Shown here one piece after another: positions 1-6,794 of a DNA stretch of 29,034 nt. Every line of letters begins with the position of its first letter. Within the stretch, counting starts at the first letter, position 1. Below the pieces are notes generated by a model, which saw only the letters and a program-made list of their open reading frames with translations, did no database searches and was not told the origin of the DNA. The stretch lies in assembly GCA_016840465.1 (NCBI GenBank), contig JAEOSH010000022.1, positions 1 through 29,034 on the forward strand, in the 5' to 3' direction. The position numbers and the translations under genes are program-made. This stretch comes from Candidatus Baldrarchaeum yapensis. Its GTDB lineage: Archaea; Asgardarchaeota; Baldrarchaeia; Baldrarchaeales; Baldrarchaeaceae.

Positions 1-612
1 GGTGACGAATATGTCTATCTCCAACTCGGCGCCAACCGGGAGTATTTTACCGTCCGGATCGGTGACCCTCAGCCTCCTTATCTCGGAAATCTTAACCCCG
101 AATCTGCTCAACGCATCGCTATAGGTCTCCAGAATTAGAACTTCAAGATTCCTCCCGAGTCTTCGACCCAACGCCCCGACCTGCACCCTTAAGTTCTTCA
201 CCTCGACGGACAACTCGCTTATCCGTCGTGATAATTCCGCAATTTGGTTCTCGACCCTTAAGAATCTTTCATTGTACTCTCTCCGCATTTCTTCAAATCT
301 TTCGTTGTATTCTCTCCGCATTTCCTCGAGTCTTTCATCAATTCGTGCAAATCTCTCGTTATACTCTCTGCGCATCTCCTCAAGTCTTTCATCGATCTTT
401 GCAAACCTCTCATTGTACTCTTTTCGCATCTCCCGCATTTCCCTTAACATCTCATCGAACTTCTGCAGGAACTTCTCGAAGTAGTCCTTAGGTACAAAGT
501 GCTCTCTTAACTCCTCGTATAGTTTAAAGGCCAGATCCGGCCTTTCCCTCAGTAGTTGTGGCAACATTTCGAGAACCTTCCTGGCCATGACCTCCACGTT
601 CTCCGCACTCAC
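1..612 (-). CDS. Coiled-coil repeat protein with probable C-terminal PD-(D/E)xK-type domain (DUF3782/COG5493-like); runs off the window start
   Basis: Not in the ORF track because it is open-ended. Manual translation from GTG at 612: MSAENVEVMARKVLEMLPQLLRERPDLAFKLYEELREHFVPKDYFEKFLQKFDEMLREMREMRKEYNERFAKIDERLEEMRREYNERFARIDERLEEMRREYNERFEEMRREYNERFLRVENQIAELSRRISELSVEVKNLRVQVGALGRRLGRNLEVLILETYSDALSRFGVKISEIRRLRVTDPDGKILPVGAELEIDIFVT, with no stop. The GALGRRLG...E and ELEID motifs are typical of this archaeal family. Confidence 0.75.
   Translation of the reverse strand, partial: MSAENVEVMARKVLEMLPQLLRERPDLAFKLYEELREHFVPKDYFEKFLQKFDEMLREMREMRKEYNERFAKIDERLEEMRREYNERFARIDERLEEMRREYNERFEEMRREYNERFLRVENQIAELSRRISELSVEVKNLRVQVGALGRRLGRNLEVLILETYSDALSRFGVKISEIRRLRVTDPDGKILPVGAELEIDIFVT
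262..441 (-). repeat. Intragenic tandem repeat encoding EEMRREYNERF units (two ~54-bp and two ~33-bp units)
   Basis: EMR(K/R)EYNERF occurs 4 times. Two copies carry an extra 7-aa (A-K/R-IDERL-E) spacer. The DNA copies differ mainly at synonymous sites. Confidence 0.9.
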
Positions 613-722
613 AAGCCACACCCCATACTTATGTCCGGACGGAGCACATTTAAACCCATAGATCCCGCGTCGCGGCAAGGTATAGACGCAAAATTATATC
701 TTAACGTGTCGTATGTATTCAT

Positions 723-1333
723 GTGATACATATGAAAGCGTCTGAAGTAATGAAACCTTTGAGGATCTCCCGATCCACTCTCTACCGTCTCGTGAAAAAG
801 GGAGTGATCAGAGCGAGAAGGCTCCCCAACGGCAGGCTCGACTATGACGAAAAATCCGTTTATGAGTATCTTCTCAAAATGCACGGTGTTGAACCTAAAA
901 GAAAGACAGTAATCTACGCAAGAGTTTCTACAAGGAAGCAACTGAAGGATTTGGAAACCAGATCCAACTTCTGGTCAACTTCTGTGTTTCACGGGGTTGT
1001 AAAGTGGACGGGATATACAAGGATGTCGCCTCCGCCCTCGACTTCGACAGCCGCGAAGCCTTCATGGAACTACTAGAGGAGGTAATGAACTACCGGATAG
1101 AGAGGATTGTGGTGGCGTACAGGGACAGGCTCACACGCATAGGTTGGAATTTCTTCGAGAACTTCTTTAGAAAGTTCGGAGCCGAGGTCGTGGTCGTTCA
1201 CGATTACATTCCCGAGAAGACGGACATGGAAGAACTGATGGAGGAGATTATGACCCTTCTCCATTCATTTTCAATGAAGTTCTACTCAAGGCGGAGGAAA
1301 ATAAGAAAAGTGCTTGAGGAGGCTCTTAGTTGA
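723..1333 (+). pseudogene. tnpA: IS607 TnpA serine recombinase, split by a 1-nt frameshift at ~955-958
   Basis: Frame 1 (723-1076) has the HTH SEVMKPLRISRSTLYRLVKKG and the catalytic IYARVST. Frame 2 (to 1333) has VVAYRDRLTRIG and EELMEEIMTLLHSFSMKFYSRR. Adding one A in ttgGAAACcag restores KDLENQIQLLVNFC...KVDGIYKDVAS. Confidence 0.85.
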
Positions 1334-2904
1334 AACTGAAACTTGCCGAGCGAATTTGGATCTCGGATAGGAGGAAGGTCGAGAGGCTGAAGAAACTGGT
1401 ATACGATCTAGCCCACTTCAGAAACTTGACGCTTATCTTCATAAGAGAGTACCATCGGAAGACGGGAAAGTGGATAACATCCGCATCGGTGCTATACTCC
1501 CTGTTTGCGGATCGCATGAACCGAAAGAGCGGTGAGGAGAAACGGAGAAAAGTGGAGGAAATAAAGAAAAACTTGGATGAGGGCTTGAAAGAGTGGTATC
1601 TGAAGATCTTGGAGCAGAAAAGGAAGATTGACAACAACTGGCTGGTTCAGCAGGTTCTAAGGCAGATCGAGAGTGACTTCAAAAGTTACTTCTCCTCGAT
1701 TAAAGAGTACCGCAAAAATCCGAAGAAGTTCTGTGGGGAACCGAAGCCTCCCAAACCGAAGAAGTTGCAGAACTTGCCGAGGTTCACAGTGGAGTTCAAC
1801 GCAAACGTCATGCGCCAGAACGGAAGGAAACTGTATCTTAGGCTCAGGGTTAAGGGGAACAGGTGCTTCTGTATCAAATTGTCCCGTAGCTTCAAGGTGA
1901 CATCGGCAAGACTCTGTTATTTTCTGGGATCGGTGTACGTGGATGTCATCCGTGAGGAGGAGTTTCCCGATGTCAAGCCCCTTGGAAACCACATCGCGGC
2001 GGTAGATCTAAACTTGGACAACTTCGTGGTTCTCGTGTCCACAAAACCCGCCGTTCCCTCGATAATAATTTCGGGTGGGGCGATCAAGGCTTTCAACCAA
2101 TGGTTCAACAAGGTAAAATCAAAACTTCAGAGCGAGGCTGACAGGATTCGGAATGAGATAGAGAAGTTCGATGAACCACCGGAAGAACTCGTAAAAAAGG
2201 AAAGAGAATTGCGTGCAAAAATAAGGATACTATGCGTTCACAGAAAGAAGTGGTTTGACACTCACTTTCACAGACTTACTAAATATCTCGCCTTGTTCCT
2301 CTACCGTACAGGTCACAAAACTCTGATTATTGGAAACGGTGCCCTTAACGCGAAAAGGGGATGCAACCTCGGTCATAAGATTGCGGAAAAGTTTGTTCAG
2401 ATCCCGTACCGTTCCTTCATCGAAAAACTGAGGTATAAATGTCAACTTCTCGGAATAGAGGTCAAAGAGGTTTCAGAGGAGAACACATCTAAAATAAACT
2501 GCCTTTGCGATTCCCCGGATGCGAGAAAGATGCTTTCCGGTCAGAGGATAAGAAGGGGGTTGTACCTCGCTTTCTTGAAAGGTAAAAAGGTTGTGTTGAA
2601 CGCCGACTGCAACGCCGCCTTCAACATTTTGAGGAGGGGAGCGTCGCTCCCCAACCTGACTTCTATTCTTGACCCGAAGGTTCTGATGTGGAAGTTGTGC
2701 AACCCCGTAAAGTTCAAATTTTTCAGGTTCATAGAACTCCTACAGCGTAACCCCCGAATCCCGCGAGGGATAGGGGGTAGTACAGCCCCGGAGGGGCAGG
2801 GTATAGCCCCCGCATCCCTGAAGTCTTCAGAAAATTTCATTCGACACTTTCTGAAACAAAAGGGATGTGCGGGGCTACCTGCGACACCACTAACTCCTTT
2901 ATGA
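1330..2904 (+). CDS. tnpB: TnpB RNA-guided endonuclease (IS607-type, 524 aa including an extension through the right end)
   Basis: RuvC-I AVDLNLDN (D226); LIIGNG at the canonical RuvC-II position; VSEENTSK; SGQRIRRGLY; RuvC-III NADCNAAFNIL. Directly downstream of tnpA. Confidence 0.92.
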   Translation: MKLKLAERIWISDRRKVERLKKLVYDLAHFRNLTLIFIREYHRKTGKWITSASVLYSLFADRMNRKSGEEKRRKVEEIKKNLDEGLKEWYLKILEQKRKIDNNWLVQQVLRQIESDFKSYFSSIKEYRKNPKKFCGEPKPPKPKKLQNLPRFTVEFNANVMRQNGRKLYLRLRVKGNRCFCIKLSRSFKVTSARLCYFLGSVYVDVIREEEFPDVKPLGNHIAAVDLNLDNFVVLVSTKPAVPSIIISGGAIKAFNQWFNKVKSKLQSEADRIRNEIEKFDEPPEELVKKERELRAKIRILCVHRKKWFDTHFHRLTKYLALFLYRTGHKTLIIGNGALNAKRGCNLGHKIAEKFVQIPYRSFIEKLRYKCQLLGIEVKEVSEENTSKINCLCDSPDARKMLSGQRIRRGLYLAFLKGKKVVLNADCNAAFNILRRGASLPNLTSILDPKVLMWKLCNPVKFKFFRFIELLQRNPRIPRGIGGSTAPEGQGIAPASLKSSENFIRHFLKQKGCAGLPATPLTPL

Positions 2905-2935
2905 CAGAACCTCGGCAACTGCAAGTCTGAATACT
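2750..2935 (+). ncRNA. Putative TnpB omega/reRNA scaffold at the IS right end, plus the flanking guide
   Basis: Hairpin 2750-2778 (atccc-GCGA-gggat inside accccc/gggggt); hairpin 2785-2797 (gcccc/ggggc); ~16-bp stem 2804-2819 with 2861-2877 enclosing ttcagaaa/tttctgaa (2826-2833/2848-2855). The position matches the known TnpB omegaRNA location. Boundaries are inferred. Confidence 0.6.
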
Positions 2936-2952
2936 ACTCCTTGGTGATGTGA

Positions 2953-4224
2953 GTGGAGAAGGAAATCCTTAAGGTGATAGAACAGAAGGAAAGAGAAGTG
3001 GCATCGCTGTGCTCCGAGCTGATAAAGAGAAAGAGTGAAAATCCGCCGGGTGATGTGAGCGAGGCGGCGTTCTTCGTCAGAGATCTGCTTAAAGAATGGG
3101 GGCTCGATGTAAAAACCGTGGAGCCGGAAAGGGGAAGAGTCAACGTGGTTGCAATCTTAAAAGGTCATGGAGAGAAGAAATTGTTGTTTAATGGGCATTT
3201 AGACGTTGTTCCTGCTGGAGACCCGAAAAACTGGAAGTACGACCCGTATGAGGGCAGAATATCAGGAGGGATTGTGTACGGCAGAGGGGCGTGCGACATG
3301 AAAGGCGCAATAGCGTCGATGCTGACAACCCTCTCCGTGATTCTCGAAAAGGACGTGAAACTTGGTGGTGACCTGATATTCCATTTCGTCTGTGATGAGG
3401 AAACGGGCGGCCAGTTCGGCACCGGATACCTCGCTAGGGAGGGATACGTTTCCGCCGACGGTTGCATCATAGGAGAGGGGTCCGGAAACAGCGTTCTCGG
3501 CTATACGCTGGTCGTTGCGGAGAGGGGCGTGATATGGGCCAAAATAAAGGCTAAAGGCAGAGCAGCACACGGATCGGTTCCCATGCTTGGAGACAACGCG
3601 ATACTGAAGCTTATGAGGGTCATAGACGTCATCAGGACACTCCCCGACATGGAGTTGAGAATAGACCCCGAGATAGAAAGGCTTGCAGAGAGTTCTATGG
3701 AGTACCTCGGCCCCTTCATGAGGGCGTACAAGATTGATCCCGAGGACTTCAAGAGGAATATGTTAAGGATGTCGGTGAACGTGGGAGTGGTGAGAGGGGG
3801 AACAAAGGTCAACGTGGTTCCCGAGTATGCCGAAGCCGAAATCGACGTGAGGGTTCCACCCTCTGTTTCGTTAGAAGAAGCGATAAACCTGCTTAGGGAC
3901 AGGATCGAGGGAACTGGAGTTCCGGGAGTGGAACTGGAGTTAATGGCGACATCGGAGCCCTCATATCAGGACGTGAGCCACCCGTTTGTCAACTTTGTGA
4001 GGAGGTGCGTTGAGGAGGTCACCGGGAGAAGCGTCCCGCTCATAATGATGCCTTGGTCGACGGACGCGCGCTACATAAGAAACCTAGGTATACCGACGGT
4101 AATGCTGGGTCCTCTGAACGAAAGTCCGCACATGGCGAACGAATATGTTCCGATAAGAGATTTGGTAATGTGCGCAAAGATGTATGCGCTGATAGCATTA
4201 AGATTTCTGGGGCATGAAGCTTAA
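2953..4224 (+). CDS. M20 family metallopeptidase/deacylase (ArgE/DapE-like)
   Basis: Motifs NGHLDVVP, YGRGACDMKG, DEETGG, IIGE, GRAAHGS, GGTKVNVVPE and HMANE. GGTGAT ribosome-binding site before the GTG. Confidence 0.92.
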   Translation: MEKEILKVIEQKEREVASLCSELIKRKSENPPGDVSEAAFFVRDLLKEWGLDVKTVEPERGRVNVVAILKGHGEKKLLFNGHLDVVPAGDPKNWKYDPYEGRISGGIVYGRGACDMKGAIASMLTTLSVILEKDVKLGGDLIFHFVCDEETGGQFGTGYLAREGYVSADGCIIGEGSGNSVLGYTLVVAERGVIWAKIKAKGRAAHGSVPMLGDNAILKLMRVIDVIRTLPDMELRIDPEIERLAESSMEYLGPFMRAYKIDPEDFKRNMLRMSVNVGVVRGGTKVNVVPEYAEAEIDVRVPPSVSLEEAINLLRDRIEGTGVPGVELELMATSEPSYQDVSHPFVNFVRRCVEEVTGRSVPLIMMPWSTDARYIRNLGIPTVMLGPLNESPHMANEYVPIRDLVMCAKMYALIALRFLGHEA

Positions 4225-4308
4225 CGCCATCATGGCTCCAATTTACTACACTTAAATGCCGCTCAGCGAAAAAATATAGTCTGAGAAAATAACCCTTCGT
4301 GGCCCAAA

Positions 4309-4764
4309 ATGACGTATGAGTACTGCCCATACTGCGGCACCCCCCTACCACCTGGTGCAATGTTTTGTCCCAAGTGCAATGCCTCGCTTATGGAGCCTCC
4401 AGAAGAGTTGGAAAGCATGACCGCTGGCGAAAAGATCTCAATTTCCTCATCCCGCGAAAAAGCAGTCACGGAAACTCCTAGAATCGTAAGAAAGAGGCCG
4501 ATGATTGCGGCAGCCCTCTCAGCTATCGTGCCCGGGCTTGGACATCTGTACGCCGGAAGGAAGAGGAGAGCGGCTTTAATCATGCTTCTGATGGTTCCAT
4601 CTTTCTTCGCAATATTGTTTTTGGTTTTCGCGATGAGCAAGTTCTTCGGAATGCTCCTCTTCCTATCATGGGTACTGGTGTGGGTATGGCAGGTGCGTGA
4701 CTCCTACGATCTGACAGAGCGTATGGCCACGCAGAGGCACATGCGAAGTGCCCCTCGTATGTGA
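4309..4764 (+). CDS. Zinc-ribbon + TM2-like membrane protein
   Basis: CPYCG...FCPKC ribbon, AAALSAIVPGLGHLYAG TM2-like motif, then two hydrophobic helices. Paralog at 10621. Confidence 0.8.
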   Translation: MTYEYCPYCGTPLPPGAMFCPKCNASLMEPPEELESMTAGEKISISSSREKAVTETPRIVRKRPMIAAALSAIVPGLGHLYAGRKRRAALIMLLMVPSFFAILFLVFAMSKFFGMLLFLSWVLVWVWQVRDSYDLTERMATQRHMRSAPRM

Positions 4765-4788
4765 GAGACCCCGATACGTGACGGTAAC

Positions 4789-4817
4789 TTTTATTTCCAC
4801 TCCCTGCAATATATTGC
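4789..4817 (+). promoter_or_regulatory. TATA-like element and 12-bp palindrome upstream of the C/D sRNA
   Basis: TTTTATTT at 4789-4796, about 25 nt before the sRNA 5' stem. Perfect palindrome GCAATATATTGC at 4806-4817. Confidence 0.45.
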
Positions 4818-4818
4818 T

Positions 4819-4880
4819 GTACCGATGATGAATGGGGACCTCTCGAATACTGATGAAGAGGGTCTACAGCGCTGAGGTAC
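4819..4880 (+). ncRNA. Box C/D methylation-guide sRNA
   Basis: Terminal stem GTACC (4819-23)/GGTAC (4876-80); C box ATGATGA 4825-31; D' TCGA 4843-46 (alternatively CTGA 4850-53); C' TGATGA 4851-56; D CTGA 4872-75. Length 62 nt, intergenic. Confidence 0.85.
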
Positions 4881-5003
4881 CCAATACCCTCAAAAGCCGC
4901 TCCATGGCCACCTCATCTTTGCCGCCCTTTTACCACAACCTTGGAATCGAACAGTATAGCAATTGTTAAATTGAGAAAGGGTGGGAATATTCCGGGGATC
5001 GGG

Positions 5004-5288
5004 TTGAGTGTAGGTCCCGAAACTGTGCGCCACATCGCAAAACTTGCCCGCGTGAAGGTCGAAGAGGAAGAGGTTGCGAAGTTCTCCGAACAGTTCTCAA
5101 GAATACTCGAGTTCTTCAACGAACTTGACAAGATAGACGTCTCAAACGTCGAGCCAATGTACCACGTGATCCCCCTCGAAAACGTGTTGCGGGAGGATAA
5201 ACCCTCCCAGCCGCTCGACGTTGAGGATGCGCTCAAAAACGCCCCCGAGAGGAAGGACAAGTACTTCAAAGCCCCGCCAATAATCTGA
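5004..5288 (+). CDS. gatC: Asp-tRNA(Asn) amidotransferase subunit C
   Basis: VRHIAKLARV...ILEFFNELDKID...NVLRED...ALKNAPE...YFKAP. TTG at 5004 is preferred over the ORF-track start at 4941. The stop overlaps the gatA start (TGATG). Confidence 0.92.
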   Translation: MSVGPETVRHIAKLARVKVEEEEVAKFSEQFSRILEFFNELDKIDVSNVEPMYHVIPLENVLREDKPSQPLDVEDALKNAPERKDKYFKAPPII

Positions 5289-6784
5289 TGCAAGTGGTTG
5301 CAATGAAAATTTATGAGATGACCGCGTTAGAACTGCGGGATGCGATAATCCGTGGGGAGTACAAGGTCGAAGAAGTGGTATCAGCATTCTTAGAGAGGAT
5401 AGAAAAGGACCCGCTCAACTGCTACATAACCGTCGTTAAGGAGCAGGCACTGGAGGAGGCCCGCAAAAAGGACAAGGAGATAAAGGAGTACACCCCGGAT
5501 AAGGTTCCGCCCCTCTTTGGAGTACCGATCGCCGTCAAAGACAACATCTCAACTAAGGGTATAAGGACCACGTGTGCATCCAGAATGCTCGAAAACTACG
5601 TGCCCGTCTTCGATGCGACCGTTGTTGAATTACTTAAACAGGCGGGAGCAATAATCGTCGGTAAAACGAATATGGACGAATTCGCGATGGGAAGCACTAA
5701 CGAAACCAGTTACTTTGGCCCGGTCCTTAACCCCTGGGACAGAAGTAGGGTCCCAGGAGGATCCTCGGGAGGAAGTGCGGCAACTGTCGCCGCGCGCCAA
5801 GTACCCTTGGCACTTGGAACCGACACCGGAGGCTCGATAAGGGCGCCAGCAAGTTACTGTGGAATCGTTGGTCTGAAGCCCACTTACGGGATGGTAAGTC
5901 GATACGGCCTGATAGCCTACGCCGATAGCCTAGAACAAATAGGACCCATGGCAAGGACTGTTGAAGATTTGGCTCTGTTATTTGACGTTATAGAGAGATA
6001 CGATCCCCGAGACTCCACCTCGGTTCCGCCGAAGTTCCGCCCCTCGACTGGGAGGCATCTACAGGAGTTGAGAACCATATTTCCGGAGGAGATAAGTGGG
6101 CTGAGAATGGCGCTGATATCGGAACTCATGAGCGAGGGCATCGAATCGGAGGTCTCGCACAGCATAATGAGAAGCGTTGAGATATTCGAGAAATACGATA
6201 TCATGGTCGACGAGATATCGATCCCCGAGCTGAGGTACGCGCTCCCCGCGTACTACATAATTGCAATGGCGGAGGCAAGTTCAAACCTCGCAAGATACGA
6301 TGGTATAAGGTACGGATTCTCCTCGGGTGCCCCCGGGAAGTTCTACGACGTGATCGCCGAAAACAGAAGGCTGGGATTTGGGGAGGAGGTAAGGAGGAGG
6401 ATCCTTCTGGGAACGTTTGTCCTCTCGGCCGGGTATTACGGACAATATTATCTGAAGGCGCTGAAGGTGCGGAGACTGATAAAAGAGGCCCTCGACAGAG
6501 CGTTCAAATCATTCGATATTCTCATTTCACCAACTATGCCCATTCTCCCTCCGAAACTGGGTGAGCGGATAAAGGATCCCCTCACGCTCTACCTCATGGA
6601 TCTATGTACCGTCCCCGCAAACCTCGCCGGGGTTCCCGCATTGTCCATTCCATGCGCATTCGTTAATGGGTTACCCGTTGGGATGCAACTCATGGCCCCG
6701 CCCTTCCACGAAGACGTTCTCTTCAAGGCCGCCTACATCTTCCAAAAGGAGACCCGCCTCTATGAAATGAGTCCTCCCGTGTAG
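5288..6784 (+). CDS. gatA: Amidotransferase subunit A (amidase signature family)
   Basis: AVKDNI (catalytic Lys), GKTNMDEFAMGS, PGGSSGGSAA, GTDTGGSIRAPAS (nucleophilic Ser), SSNLARYDGIRYG, EEVRRRILLG. Confidence 0.96.
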   Translation: MQVVAMKIYEMTALELRDAIIRGEYKVEEVVSAFLERIEKDPLNCYITVVKEQALEEARKKDKEIKEYTPDKVPPLFGVPIAVKDNISTKGIRTTCASRMLENYVPVFDATVVELLKQAGAIIVGKTNMDEFAMGSTNETSYFGPVLNPWDRSRVPGGSSGGSAATVAARQVPLALGTDTGGSIRAPASYCGIVGLKPTYGMVSRYGLIAYADSLEQIGPMARTVEDLALLFDVIERYDPRDSTSVPPKFRPSTGRHLQELRTIFPEEISGLRMALISELMSEGIESEVSHSIMRSVEIFEKYDIMVDEISIPELRYALPAYYIIAMAEASSNLARYDGIRYGFSSGAPGKFYDVIAENRRLGFGEEVRRRILLGTFVLSAGYYGQYYLKALKVRRLIKEALDRAFKSFDILISPTMPILPPKLGERIKDPLTLYLMDLCTVPANLAGVPALSIPCAFVNGLPVGMQLMAPPFHEDVLFKAAYIFQKETRLYEMSPPV

Positions 6785-6794
6785 GTGAGGGGGT

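Larger units (their letters stand above)
679..2915 (+). mobile_element. IS607-family insertion sequence (tnpA + tnpB); ends approximate
   Basis: A MerR-HTH/serine-recombinase gene overlaps a TnpB gene by 4 nt (TTGA at 1330-1333). It sits in a divergent intergenic region. Ends are inferred from GG dinucleotides (caaGG 679-680; ...tttatgacagaacctcGG 2914-2915) because IS607 elements recombine at a GG core. The exact ends are not proven. Confidence 0.8.

Noticed and set aside
262-441. Repeat as a CRISPR-like array
   Set aside because: No spacers; unit lengths are multiples of 3 and variation is synonymous, so it is a coding repeat. No CRISPR array, tRNA or rRNA was seen anywhere in the window.
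613-722. IStron (group I intron) at the IS607 left end
   Set aside because: Only ~45 bp lie between the inferred end and tnpA, too short for a group I intron, and the element is intergenic. The CCGCG-T-CGCGG palindrome at 665-675 is noted but unexplained.
945-965. Programmed -1 frameshift in tnpA
   Set aside because: No X-XXY-YYZ slippery heptamer (TTGGAAAC) and no obvious downstream stimulator, and IS607 tnpA is not known to need one.
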